Shown: in pieces, positions 28,732 through 38,908 of the stretch
How the letters are laid out: every line of letters begins with the position of its first letter
Numbering within the stretch: the stretch's first letter is position 1
Assembly (NCBI GenBank): GCA_002309425.1
Contig: DBXD01000066.1
Coordinates: 9,809 to 73,808 of the forward strand
From: Cyanobacteria bacterium UBA1221
GTDB lineage: Bacteria > Cyanobacteriota > Vampirovibrionia > Gastranaerophilales > Gastranaerophilaceae
Length of the DNA stretch: 64,000 nt
Direction of reading: 5' to 3'
The notes under the pieces: model-generated
What the model was told of the DNA's origin: nothing
The model's input: only the letters and a program-made list of their open reading frames with translations
The model's database searches: none
Program-made: the position numbers and the translations under genes

Positions 28732-29658
28732 CTACACATTCCCGGTTGAACTATTCTTATCATCTTCAAGCTGCTTAATATCAATTCCGCTTGAATCTTC
28801 TTCATAAGCATTATTTATTGCGGGAACGTCTATTTCAACATTAACATCCGCATCAACCATTTCAATTTCCCCTTTTGGAAATTCTTTTACCTTGCCGTCT
28901 TCCATTTTTACGGCAACAGCACCTGCCATGAAGTTAAGGTAACAAACTTTTCCGAGTCCGTCAGACGTCATAACCGAAGAACCTATTGGCGGCATGCCTT
29001 TTGCGGCATCAATATAATGTTTATACTCATATGTCAAACAACAGAGTAAGCGCCCGCATGTTCCGGAAATTTTCCCGGGACAAATAGGCATTCCCTGATC
29101 CTTTGCAAGTTTAACATTTATCGTTTCAAATTTTCTTAAAAAAGACGAACAGCAAAAAGGCCGTCCGCAAACTCCGACTCCGTCAATAAGTGAGGTTTCA
29201 TCTCTCACGCCGATATGACGCAAATCTATTCGCACCCTTGTAAAAACCTGGGTTAAATCTTTTAACAATTCCCTGAAATCTACCCTTTCGGGAGCGGTAT
29301 AATAAAATGTAATTTTTCTCCTGTCAAAAGTAATACGGCATTGAACAAGATTCATAACCAGATTGTGCTGTTTTACAAGTGCCTGACACTTGAAGAACGC
29401 TTCCGCTTCTTCTTTTTTTATATCGTCCAGGGTTTGCAAATCTCTCTGACTTAAAACACGCATAACCGTCAGCGGCTCGGGCTTTTTCTCAGACTTTTCC
29501 CATAACTCGGATATTTCGGAATTTACAAGCTCAACTTTTAGCGCCTCCTCACCTTTTTCTGTACGGACAAGCACCATCTGCCCTTCTTCTACGGTTAAAG
29601 TATCCGGAACAATTAACGGATAAAACGTATTTTTTATATATTTTACTGCATATTTCAT
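28732..29658 (-). CDS. PSP1 domain protein (YaaT/RicT-like)
   Basis: 308 aa. ...RVDFRELLKDLTQVFTRVRIDLRHIGVRDE...GVCGRPFCCSSFL...CPGKISGTCGRLLCCLTYE is the PSP1 C-terminal Cys-rich pattern. Confidence 0.85.
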   Translation of the reverse strand: MKYAVKYIKNTFYPLIVPDTLTVEEGQMVLVRTEKGEEALKVELVNSEISELWEKSEKKPEPLTVMRVLSQRDLQTLDDIKKEEAEAFFKCQALVKQHNLVMNLVQCRITFDRRKITFYYTAPERVDFRELLKDLTQVFTRVRIDLRHIGVRDETSLIDGVGVCGRPFCCSSFLRKFETINVKLAKDQGMPICPGKISGTCGRLLCCLTYEYKHYIDAAKGMPPIGSSVMTSDGLGKVCYLNFMAGAVAVKMEDGKVKEFPKGEIEMVDADVNVEIDVPAINNAYEEDSSGIDIKQLEDDKNSSTGNV

Positions 29659-30659
29659 TAAATATATCTTTCTTCTTCTTTTAATTTTCTGTTCATAAGT
29701 TTATTCAAAAGTTCCTGAGGCGTAATATCAGTATACACAGCCTCATATATAGCATTTGACACCGGAACATCTATGTCCAGTTTCTTTGCCAACTCGCAAA
29801 TTGCCTTTGACGTCTTGACCCCTTCTGCAACTGAGCCCAACTCTTTTAAAATATCGTCAATTTTTTTGCCTTTACCGAGCATAGCACCTACCGTATAATT
29901 TCGTGACATAGGGCTGGAACAAGTTGCAATTAAATCTCCCATTCCTGACAAACCGTACAGGGTAGAGGGATTTGCGCCGAGTTTTATACTGACTCTTACA
30001 ATTTCTGCCATACCTCGTGTCAAAAGTGCGCCCGCACAATTATCACCCAAGCCCATTTCGTGAGCAAAACCGGACGCAATAGCAATAACGTTCTTCAAAC
30101 TGCCGCCCAGTTCAACCCCGATTACGTCAGGATTTGTGTATAATCTGAACCGCCCGGGAACGGAACATTTCTTTTGGACAAGAGCGGATGCATCCCTGTC
30201 TTTAGATGCAACACATGCCGCCGTAGGTTTTCCAGCAAGAACCTCTTTTGCAAGTGTTGGACCCGAAAGGACAACCAGTTTTTGCTCCGGCAAAACTTCT
30301 GCAATTACTTCTGACATCCTCATTAATGACGGCAGTTCAATACCTTTTGATGCGTTTACCAAAATCTGGCATGGCCTTATACCGGCTTTTTTAAGATTTT
30401 CGCAAACATCTCTTGTGCCTGATGTAGCAATTACTGAAAGAATAATATCAGCATCCTTAATCGCCTCAGCCAAATCGGAAGTAATTTCAACTTTATCCTG
30501 AAGCTGGACTTCGAGCGGTTTTGAGGTATGTTTATTTTTTATTAAATCTTCCGGGATATCGCTTTCTCGGCCCCAAACCGTTACCTGTTCAAAATTATCA
30601 GTCAATAACCACGCAAGAGTTAATCCCCAGCATCCTGCTCCCAAAACTGTTAATTTCAT
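29658..30659 (-). CDS. gpsA: NAD(P)H-dependent glycerol-3-phosphate dehydrogenase
   Basis: MKLTVLGAGCWGLTLA Rossmann start. VLSGPTLAKEV. GGSLKNVIAIASG. NCAGALLTRGMAEI. GLSGMGDLIATCSS..SRNY. Confidence 0.93.
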   Translation of the reverse strand: MKLTVLGAGCWGLTLAWLLTDNFEQVTVWGRESDIPEDLIKNKHTSKPLEVQLQDKVEITSDLAEAIKDADIILSVIATSGTRDVCENLKKAGIRPCQILVNASKGIELPSLMRMSEVIAEVLPEQKLVVLSGPTLAKEVLAGKPTAACVASKDRDASALVQKKCSVPGRFRLYTNPDVIGVELGGSLKNVIAIASGFAHEMGLGDNCAGALLTRGMAEIVRVSIKLGANPSTLYGLSGMGDLIATCSSPMSRNYTVGAMLGKGKKIDDILKELGSVAEGVKTSKAICELAKKLDIDVPVSNAIYEAVYTDITPQELLNKLMNRKLKEEERYI

Positions 30660-30674
30660 TTATACCTCTCTCTC

Positions 30675-31568
30675 CTATACTGCCATTTTTTGAGTAATTA
30701 ATTTTCTTAATACCCCACCGTGTTTTTTCAGTTCCTGTCTTGACGTATCTACATCCATATTCATTACTATTGAAACAATGGCCGTTTTTATTTCCCAATC
30801 ACATTTTAACAATGCCGACAGAGCAACACTGTGCTGAACTCCCGCAATTTGCGCAACTATTCTTATTGCACGGTCTTTCAGCTTCTCATTTACCGCCTGC
30901 AAATCAATCATAAAATTCTCGTAGGTTTTACCTATCTTTATCATTGAACCGGTAGAAAGCATATTCAAAATCATCTTTTGAGCTGTTCCTGCTTTTAAGC
31001 GACTTGAACCTGCAATAACTTCCGGACCGACTTCAACACAAATTACAAGCCCTGCTTCTTCTGCAATTCTGCCTTTTGAGTTACAGGTTATACCTATTGT
31101 TTTACAGTTTATTTCATCAGCTTTTTCCAAAACCCCAAGCAGATATTTAGGATTACCGCTTGCTGAAATCACAACGGCAACATCGTTTTCTCTTAAAATT
31201 TCCGCATCTTTTTTACCTGCATCGAAATTATCCTCAGCGCCCTCAACAGAAGATCTTAATGCCTCATGTCCTCCGGCAATAACACCCTGAACCATATCAG
31301 GATCCACACTGAATGTCGGCGGACACTCGGAAGCATCAAGTATTCCTATACGGCCTGAAGTTCCGGCACCAAAATAAATAAGCCTGCCGCCTTTCAAAAA
31401 CTGTTTTGAAATAATATCAATCGCTTCCGCAATCTCTTTTGATGCATCTTCCACCGCAAGGGCAACCAGCTTGTCCTCCTGATTCATCCTTCTTACCATT
31501 TCAATAGTAGGAAGCAAATCTATGTCTTTTGTGTTTTCATTTCTGTATTCCGTAATAACTTCACTCAT
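30675..31568 (-). CDS. murQ: N-acetylmuramic acid 6-phosphate etherase
   Basis: GGRLIYFGAGTSGRIGILDASECPPTF. SASGNP. GSSRLKAGTAQKMILNMLST. NEKLKDRAIRIV. Confidence 0.93.
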   Translation of the reverse strand: MSEVITEYRNENTKDIDLLPTIEMVRRMNQEDKLVALAVEDASKEIAEAIDIISKQFLKGGRLIYFGAGTSGRIGILDASECPPTFSVDPDMVQGVIAGGHEALRSSVEGAEDNFDAGKKDAEILRENDVAVVISASGNPKYLLGVLEKADEINCKTIGITCNSKGRIAEEAGLVICVEVGPEVIAGSSRLKAGTAQKMILNMLSTGSMIKIGKTYENFMIDLQAVNEKLKDRAIRIVAQIAGVQHSVALSALLKCDWEIKTAIVSIVMNMDVDTSRQELKKHGGVLRKLITQKMAV

Positions 31569-31600
31569 ACTAACTCCTTTAAAAGAAACTCTATTAAATA

Positions 31601-32074
31601 TTAAAACTGTTTTAGCAAATTTGCCATTTCTATTGCCGATTTGGCTGCATCTGCGCCCTTGTTGCCTGCTTTGGTTCCGGCCCTTTCAATAGCCTGTTCT
31701 ATATTATCAGTAGTCAGAACTCCGAAAATAACGGGCACTTCTGTCTGTAAACTTACGGTTGCAATTCCCTTTGACAATTCCGCACTTACATAATCAAAGT
31801 GAGCCGTTGCTCCTTTAATGATTGCACCGAGCGTAATTATAGCATTATATTTACCTGTTTTGGCACATTTTAAAGCCATCAGAGGGATTTCAAAAGCGCC
31901 CGGAACTCTTACAACATCAATATTATCGGAATTTACGCCATGTCTTTTTAATTCATCCACCGCGCCTGATAACAATTTCGAGCCGATAAAATCATTGAAT
32001 CTCGATAATATAATACAAAACTTTTCGTTTCCTGCAACCAACTGACCTTCATATGTATTCATAATTTTCTCCAC
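31601..32074 (-). CDS. ribH: 6,7-dimethyl-8-ribityllumazine synthase
   Basis: [12 protein letters not shown]...[12 protein letters not shown]...[21 protein letters not shown]...[28 protein letters not shown]. Confidence 0.95.
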   Translation of the reverse strand: MEKIMNTYEGQLVAGNEKFCIILSRFNDFIGSKLLSGAVDELKRHGVNSDNIDVVRVPGAFEIPLMALKCAKTGKYNAIITLGAIIKGATAHFDYVSAELSKGIATVSLQTEVPVIFGVLTTDNIEQAIERAGTKAGNKGADAAKSAIEMANLLKQF

Positions 32075-32115
32075 ATATCCTTGAATAATCCACAGTTATT
32101 GTACAACAATTATCG

Positions 32116-32841
32116 CTATTTTACAAGCAACGGCGAAAAAATCTTATAAAAAATATAAACAGAAGTTAATATCAGTAAGTAACCGCTTATTTTAAGCAGT
32201 AAATCAGATATCATATAATAATTTTTCCAGGATTTGAGTTTTGATGTCAATACTCCTGCAACAACTAAAATTAAGCCCTGTCCCAGAGAGAACAAAAATA
32301 ACATTACAACAGACTGAACAAGATTGGCAGACAAAGATGCAAATGCCATTATTGAAGCTAAAATAGGGGTAGAACAAGGGGTCCCGGCCAAAGCAACCGC
32401 ACCGCCCAAAAGCATTGGGTATATATATGTATTCGTACTGTCGTGACGCGGCATTTCTTTTATCAATACCGGCAGTTCAAAATCCAAAAAACCGACAAGT
32501 TTAAGTCCCATTATCATAACTATACTTGACATGATTATCCCGAAATATCCGCCCGCAAAAGATACAAAAACTTTGCCGGTAAAAGCACAAATAATACCTA
32601 TCACGGAAAAAACCAATGCAGAGCCGATTATAAAAAACAGCATTTGGACTAAGGTTTTTTGAGGTTTTTCATCGGAATAACCACCTACATATCCGATTAT
32701 TATAGGAAGCATTGCAAGCGAACACGGCGAAACAGATGCAATTAAGCCTCCGACAAAAGATATTATATATAATACTATAACGCTGTTTGATGTATTAAAC
32801 AGGCTCGCAATATCCGTCATTATTTCAAATCCCTGATACAA
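32116..32841 (-). CDS. ccdA: cytochrome c biogenesis / thiol-disulfide transporter CcdA (DsbD family)
   Basis: 6-TM protein with the two conserved Cys-Pro-containing segments VSPCSLAMLPII and GTPCSTPIL. Confidence 0.85.
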   Translation of the reverse strand: MYQGFEIMTDIASLFNTSNSVIVLYIISFVGGLIASVSPCSLAMLPIIIGYVGGYSDEKPQKTLVQMLFFIIGSALVFSVIGIICAFTGKVFVSFAGGYFGIIMSSIVMIMGLKLVGFLDFELPVLIKEMPRHDSTNTYIYPMLLGGAVALAGTPCSTPILASIMAFASLSANLVQSVVMLFLFSLGQGLILVVAGVLTSKLKSWKNYYMISDLLLKISGYLLILTSVYIFYKIFSPLLVK

Positions 32842-33212
32842 GTTTCCAGTTCTTCTTTACTTATTGCTCCTTCTATACGCTTTGTTTTATTTCCGTTTGA
32901 ATCAATAAGTATAATTGTCGGAACAAGACTTATCTCGTATTTTTTTATCCACTCGTCATTTTTCGGGTTTCCGTCCTGTACATTAATTTCAGTCAATTCG
33001 ACTTTATCTTTGTACTGCGGATAAATTTCTTTTATAATTTTATTCATCGTCTGGCAATCAATACACATCGTTGATGTAAATTTAACGATTTGCGGTTTTG
33101 TTGTCTTTGCATCGACACTTGAAGTAACCGAAGTATTCATAAGATTTATCCCGAAATATGCGACAATCGGAACCAAAAATACCAATAATACCGTAATAAG
33201 ATTTTTCTTCAT
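32820..33212 (-). CDS. membrane-anchored thioredoxin-fold protein
   Basis: N-terminal anchor. KFTSTMCIDCQ (CxxC). LVPTIILID cis-Pro region. Overlaps the ccdA start, so likely an operon. Confidence 0.8.
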   Translation of the reverse strand: MKKNLITVLLVFLVPIVAYFGINLMNTSVTSSVDAKTTKPQIVKFTSTMCIDCQTMNKIIKEIYPQYKDKVELTEINVQDGNPKNDEWIKKYEISLVPTIILIDSNGNKTKRIEGAISKEELETCIRDLK

Positions 33213-33414
33213 GTTTTTATAACTCCATTTAATACTGCAATTTTATCATAAAAGAAAAACAAAAATCGACAATCGGACATGCAGGTAAGAAATTTAACAC
33301 GGCATAAAATACTTAAATCCCTCATATTAATGATTTTACAAATTTGAATAAATATTATAATATACCAGAGTCGTTAGTGAGAAATTAAGGATTATTTCTC
33401 GTATGAAACTTTAG

Positions 33415-34065
<651 letters not shown>

Positions 34066-34080
34066 GTTATACAAGTAACC

Positions 34081-34120
34081 AAAAAACAGGTTCAAGGAAT
34101 ATCCTTGGACCCGTTTTTTT
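34081..34120. terminator. bidirectional rho-independent terminator
   Basis: AAAAAACAGGTTCAAGG-AATAT-CCTTGGACCCGTTTTTTT between convergent genes. Confidence 0.7.
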
Positions 34121-34796
34121 ATTTTTCAAAATCTTTTTCCAATATATGCTTTATGAAACTACATATACAATCTTCTGTGTATTTTCCTAATTTAGATTTG
34201 ACAAAAGATGTTCTGTTCCAATTTTTATTATATTTCTCTATCGGTTCAACAAGCGACAACACATAACGATTGCTGGTCTGAGAAATCATATTACTGAAAT
34301 CTATTACGGCAAGTTTAAAAAATTTATCACCTCTTATTTTCTTTAGCGTATCGTATAACAAATCTATTTCTGAATCTGTATTTGTGTCTATCGTATTAAG
34401 CACAAACAATATGGGTTTGTCATTGTTTACAATGCATCTGAAATTATTAATTCTTCGGCTAATTCTCTCAACTAATTTTTCTCTGTCATTTGCACCACAA
34501 TCTTTGTCGTGAAAAAATTTTGTTCCGTCAGGTTTCTTCCATATCCCTTTACCCCTGAAATCAAGAAAACACCTTTTACGTTGAGTAAAGAACAAGTCAT
34601 CACAATACTCCTTAAAATCGTTTTCCAGATAGCATATGACACTGCCTAATTTATGCCGGACTAAATCAAAAGGACCGGACAGCTCACCTTGTGCCTTCGA
34701 CGGTTTGATTCCGTGACGTGTAAGGATAGTTCTTGGCATACAATTCAAACCCAGAGAAACAATTTCATATTTTTTTGTGTTGTCCATTCTTCGCAA
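34119..34796 (-). CDS. DUF1796-like putative papain-fold protein
   Basis: 225 aa. YEIVSLGLNCMPRTILTRHGIKP...SGPFDLV matches the SLG-x-x-C ... PFD(W) start I associate with DUF1796. Recollection only. Confidence 0.45.
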   Translation of the reverse strand: MRRMDNTKKYEIVSLGLNCMPRTILTRHGIKPSKAQGELSGPFDLVRHKLGSVICYLENDFKEYCDDLFFTQRKRCFLDFRGKGIWKKPDGTKFFHDKDCGANDREKLVERISRRINNFRCIVNNDKPILFVLNTIDTNTDSEIDLLYDTLKKIRGDKFFKLAVIDFSNMISQTSNRYVLSLVEPIEKYNKNWNRTSFVKSKLGKYTEDCICSFIKHILEKDFEK

Positions 34797-34873
34797 CTCC
34801 GGGGGACATTATAGCATAATTATTGAACATTAAATACTTTTTAATTTACATTTCGTTATATTTGAAAATTATC

Positions 34874-34903
34874 TAGCAATTAAATTTTTGTTTGGGCTTT
34901 AAG
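34874..34903 (+). promoter_or_regulatory. putative promoter TAGCAA-N18-TTTAAG for the 34941-41939 gene string
   Basis: TAGCAATTAAATTTTTGTTTGGGCTTTAAG, then a ~35-nt leader with AAAGGAAAA before the ATG at 34941. Confidence 0.3.
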
Positions 34904-34940
34904 ATAGAAGAACCAGACATGAAAATCAGAAAGGAAAATT

Positions 34941-36254
34941 ATGTTTATTACCCCTGTATCCTGTGTAAACAATACTTACAATGCAACGCAAGTACAAAAC
35001 AAATATGCACAAAAGTTTTATGGCACGGCAAATGCCGCAGATACTGTTTCGTTTTCAGGCAAACCACAACAGGATCCGGAATTTCAAAAGAATCAACTGC
35101 GGGTTTTATTAACTCAAGATTATCGGGCCAATAAGTTAGCTGTAAAAATGCCCGAAACAGAACTTGAAAAAGAAGTTTTGCTTGAAGTTCTTAAACACAG
35201 AAAGAATCTTGATAAATATGTGAGATGCCGAAATGAAAAAATGAAAATTTTGTGGGATTTTCATGATTACATAACCTATCCGGAAGACAAAAAGGACAGC
35301 CCTGAATTTAAAGAATTAGAGCACGATTTGTTTAAAAGGGGAAACCTCGTAAAAGTTCTTGACAACCTTAATGAAACGCTTGCGCAAGAAGAGAAGAAAC
35401 ACAGAGCCTCTCTTGACTATTTTAAAAATATAGAAGCAATGAACGATAACTATCAGCTGGTTAAGGTCAATGCCCTGGAAAAATTCTGGCGGCAAATCGA
35501 AAAGAATAATATAAACTCAAATCCGGATCCTAAACAAAAATACAAGACAGAGCAGTTAATTGATATTGTTTCAGGGAAAATGCCTTTACCGGAAAATCCT
35601 GAAGTTGAAAAGCCAAAACCAACCGGAGCCTGGAAACCTAAAAAAGTAATTTTAGCTGAAGCAAGAGAAAAATACGAAAAATTTCTAAGAGAAGAAATTA
35701 ATATTTACAGAGGTGCAAATCAGGGAGAAAAGGCTATACAAGGTCAGAGAAAACTGGTATATAACATTAATACAACTACCAGCGAAAAATATCCTCATAT
35801 TGAAAGTGATTTAAGCAGAGTGTTTAAGGAAGTCAGGGATAAATACATGCGTCAAAAAGCAATTCTTGGTCAGACCGAAATATTTGCGGTAGAAAAAATT
35901 TGGGAGGATATGGATCAGGGTATTACAGAAATGAAAAATGCACTGCAAGAAATTGCCGAATTGCAAAAACAATCAGAAGAAAATCCTGAAGATAAAAGTA
36001 TATCAGACTCCTTAGAACTGACAAAACAACAATTAGCTGAAACTAAAAAACTTTGGATAGAATATTTGATATTCGGAAACCAATACGAACAAAAAAACAG
36101 AGATATGTTTGTTGAAATGGGAAAAGGGGACGCTTACGACTACCTGACAGGTATTTGTAAAGAAATCCTCAGATATAAAGAACTTGAAAAAATTTGTAAT
36201 GAAAATAACGGCGAACTCCCTGAAGAAGAATGGGCAAAATTACTGGCCGCATAA
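34941..36254 (+). CDS. hypothetical K/E-rich helical protein (first gene of six-gene string)
   Basis: 437 aa. N-terminus MFITPVSCVNNTYNATQVQNKYAQKFYGTANAADTVSFSGK. The remainder is charged and helical. No family recognised. Confidence 0.6.
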   Translation: MFITPVSCVNNTYNATQVQNKYAQKFYGTANAADTVSFSGKPQQDPEFQKNQLRVLLTQDYRANKLAVKMPETELEKEVLLEVLKHRKNLDKYVRCRNEKMKILWDFHDYITYPEDKKDSPEFKELEHDLFKRGNLVKVLDNLNETLAQEEKKHRASLDYFKNIEAMNDNYQLVKVNALEKFWRQIEKNNINSNPDPKQKYKTEQLIDIVSGKMPLPENPEVEKPKPTGAWKPKKVILAEAREKYEKFLREEINIYRGANQGEKAIQGQRKLVYNINTTTSEKYPHIESDLSRVFKEVRDKYMRQKAILGQTEIFAVEKIWEDMDQGITEMKNALQEIAELQKQSEENPEDKSISDSLELTKQQLAETKKLWIEYLIFGNQYEQKNRDMFVEMGKGDAYDYLTGICKEILRYKELEKICNENNGELPEEEWAKLLAA

Positions 36255-36266
36255 GCGTAAAATTAT

Positions 36267-37370
36267 ATGACATGCATTAACGGAAAATTTAATATTTTTC
36301 ACCGGTGTAAGCATAAATTTATGAATTATACCTCAACCCAAATCGCCGTTTTTAAACATAAGATTACCGAAAGACGTTTGGGCGCACTCCCTTTCGACTT
36401 TTTTCAACATATTGAAAAAAGCGAATATTCAAATGTTACAAGAGAAATAGACAAACTTTTTACTGATTATTCACGTGAGATTTTTAAAACTGTAAACAAC
36501 AAAGATTTAAACGAGAAACTTGCACTAAATTTGCAAAGAGTTTTAAAAAGAAACGACATAACTGTAGAAAGTGCAGGCCTGGGTCATTTTAAATTATGTC
36601 AAAAACTTACCATCGGGAAGTTTCAGTACGCACTTTTATCTTTCTTTGAAAATTTTGATAATAAAATAACCCCAACTCACGGGAAATACGTTGAACCGCA
36701 AACAATTCATTATGTATATAAAAATTTTCACGGCAGAGTGGCAAGACCGTTTATGACAAGGATGTGCACAGACAGAACGGAATACGGATATATGCTGAAT
36801 CAGTTTATTGACCCGTCAAATAAAGCCCGGGCAAAAGGGCCTCTTAATCCGCTAAAATTGCACTTTAGAGAAATACGGTGCAGAGATGCATACTATAACG
36901 GCAATACAATTAACGGAGTACTATGTGACGTAGGCGGAATAGAAAGGAATGATTCGTACATAAAAGATAACGTTTTTAGAGAAAATTTAGGCCGATTTTT
37001 AGACAGAATCAGGTCTGATTATCTGGAAATGCAGAGATTTTACAGAGAACCGCTTGCCAAATATTCCGTTAGTAAAGAGGAATACGAAGCAACAATCAAT
37101 GCGGAGAGGTTTTTATCCGATTTGATGGATAAAGATATTGATATATACGCTGCAGACTTGCGGGAAGTTTTAAGTCCGCTGAGTGCAGATGAACAAAAAA
37201 TAGCAATAAGAATGGTCAGAAGAATGCGTAATGCTCATAATTTCAAAAACGAATTGAAGGCTAAAGGCGAATACGAACAGTACCGGGAACTTCTGAACGA
37301 TTTTACTTATTACTGTCCTGAAACACTAATTAAAGAACTTGAACTTGTCAGCTCCAAAACTATCAGTTGA
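36267..37370 (+). CDS. hypothetical protein
   Basis: 367-aa ORF, 12 nt after the previous stop. Alternative start MNYTSTQIAVFKHK at 36321. No motif recognised. Confidence 0.55.
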   Translation: MTCINGKFNIFHRCKHKFMNYTSTQIAVFKHKITERRLGALPFDFFQHIEKSEYSNVTREIDKLFTDYSREIFKTVNNKDLNEKLALNLQRVLKRNDITVESAGLGHFKLCQKLTIGKFQYALLSFFENFDNKITPTHGKYVEPQTIHYVYKNFHGRVARPFMTRMCTDRTEYGYMLNQFIDPSNKARAKGPLNPLKLHFREIRCRDAYYNGNTINGVLCDVGGIERNDSYIKDNVFRENLGRFLDRIRSDYLEMQRFYREPLAKYSVSKEEYEATINAERFLSDLMDKDIDIYAADLREVLSPLSADEQKIAIRMVRRMRNAHNFKNELKAKGEYEQYRELLNDFTYYCPETLIKELELVSSKTIS

Positions 37371-37474
37371 TAAAAATATGAGTTAAGCAATGTTAAGAAA
37401 TTATTACAAAAGTAGCAAATTAAAAATTCACAGACATTAATATAATTGTATTCAGTATTTTTAAAGGAGAAATC

Positions 37475-38266
37475 ATGATAACACGCATTCCAGGACTTGT
37501 AACTCAAACAAGTATAAACGCCCAAATAATGGCAGAGTTGGCAAAAATAGCCGAACAAACCGAAAACACGGAAGATGCCGTTAAAAAACTTACTCCGTTT
37601 GAACAAAAGTTATATAACTACTACCGCAAATACATGGCAGATCACGTAAATTATACTGATGACAAATATAATCCTGAAAATGAAAAAAGAGCAGGCCTTG
37701 CACTTGAACAATATGCCGGAAATCTTTATGACCAAACTCCGGAAGGGAAAAAAGCAGCAAAACTTCAGCGTTCAAGATATTTTACTTATGAGCAAGTATC
37801 AACACTCGATACCCAAAAAAGAATCGCCGTACTCGAAGCCGCTCAAAAGGTAACTGCACTATATCAAAAACAAGTTCTGGAAGCAAAAGCCGAACTGGAA
37901 CCATTAGGATTAAAAGAAGTATTAGCCGCAGCCCAAGACGTTATCGAATATGCAAAGAAAAGAGAGGCGGCCTACGCAGAAGCTGAAAAAATTGAAGCGG
38001 AAGCTAAAAAAATTGGAAATGAAACTCTGAAAAAATTTGCCCTAAAAGAAGCCCGCGGGAAGCGACTTTCTGCAGAAATGTATGAAAACGGACGTGCCTC
38101 TGCCGCTTTAAGAAAAATTAAAGCAACAAACACGTACAGAACTAACGTTCTGACCGCAGGCAAACAAAAAGAATATGAACTTGTACACGGAGAACCCTTC
38201 ACCTCCGAACAAATTCCCGAACAATTGGTGTCTTATGAAACTATCAAAGCTCAACTTTACGGCTAA
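37475..38266 (+). CDS. hypothetical A/K/E-rich coiled-coil protein
   Basis: 263 aa with AAAGGAGAA RBS. Long helical AEKIEAEAKKIGNETLKK-type segments. Confidence 0.55.
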   Translation: MITRIPGLVTQTSINAQIMAELAKIAEQTENTEDAVKKLTPFEQKLYNYYRKYMADHVNYTDDKYNPENEKRAGLALEQYAGNLYDQTPEGKKAAKLQRSRYFTYEQVSTLDTQKRIAVLEAAQKVTALYQKQVLEAKAELEPLGLKEVLAAAQDVIEYAKKREAAYAEAEKIEAEAKKIGNETLKKFALKEARGKRLSAEMYENGRASAALRKIKATNTYRTNVLTAGKQKEYELVHGEPFTSEQIPEQLVSYETIKAQLYG

Positions 38267-38270
38267 TATA

Positions 38271-38825
38271 ATGTTTGTTGACAGGCAAACATTCGACAAG
38301 GTTAAACAGGGAACAGACATTCCCTCTTCTCCGTATGCTGAATATATTCAGCAGGTTGACTCTTTTCAAACGGAAGAAGTCCGAACCTGTACGGCGGGCT
38401 TTGTAAAAAATTCCAAAACAAACCAAATAGCAGCCTTTCATATATACCCGAATTTTGATAACTATGTCAATATACGGGGAATAATCGAGCGTATTCTTGA
38501 GCTTGCTGATAATCCTGACGAAGGAATACTTATAGGAAGCAAAGATTGTGGTACATCTCCATATTCCAGGGATATGTTTGGTATGGCAAAACAAATATTG
38601 TCTAAAAAGGTTAAGGGTTTAACAGTATTTGAAGAACACAAAGACCCGGCTTCTGAAACCAATATGTCCTATTCAGCAAATAACGACACCTTGTATATAC
38701 AGGCGAAATATCGCGATAAACAAACCGGTCAGTTTAAGGATGTTTCAACAGAAAAAGAACTTAAAAATTTCTATAAGAAAATAAAAGTTGCTCCAAATGA
38801 CGTTGTAATTTTTCCGGAAACATAA
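38271..38825 (+). CDS. hypothetical protein, weak CheD-like Cys/His pattern
   Basis: In-frame Met 4 nt after the previous stop (the ORF track extends to 38175 inside the upstream gene). RTCTAGFVKNSKTNQIAAFHIYP, ILIGSKD and GLTVFEEH line up loosely with CheD GSCVAV...HxxLP, KIxGGA, I..ED.GG. Confidence 0.5.
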   Translation: MFVDRQTFDKVKQGTDIPSSPYAEYIQQVDSFQTEEVRTCTAGFVKNSKTNQIAAFHIYPNFDNYVNIRGIIERILELADNPDEGILIGSKDCGTSPYSRDMFGMAKQILSKKVKGLTVFEEHKDPASETNMSYSANNDTLYIQAKYRDKQTGQFKDVSTEKELKNFYKKIKVAPNDVVIFPET

Positions 38826-38856
38826 CATTAAATTTTGTAAATTTGTTCTGATTTTC

Positions 38857-38886
38857 GGGCAAAATTTATTTTTTACGCGCTTTACT
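38857..38886 (+). promoter_or_regulatory. putative internal promoter GGGCAA-N18-TTTACT
   Basis: GGGCAAAATTTATTTTTTACGCGCTTTACT, then a leader with GGAAGGTG before the ATG at 38909. Confidence 0.25.
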
Positions 38887-38908
38887 ACATCTGTGGAAGG
38901 TGTGAAAT

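Noticed and set aside
34892-35134. 80-aa ORF overlapping the start of the 34941 gene in another frame.
   Set aside because: It is fully nested in the leader and 5' end of a much longer ORF that has a good RBS. Its Cys/Lys-rich translation has no features.
38175-38270. ORF-track 5' extensions: 38175-38270, 40383-40445, 62799-62825, and possibly 46231-46254, 18797-18832, 14386-14427 and 8131-8139.
   Set aside because: The extensions overlap upstream genes or lack an RBS. Internal Met codons have better RBS spacing and/or give N-termini matching paralogues. For the first three, the internal starts were used.
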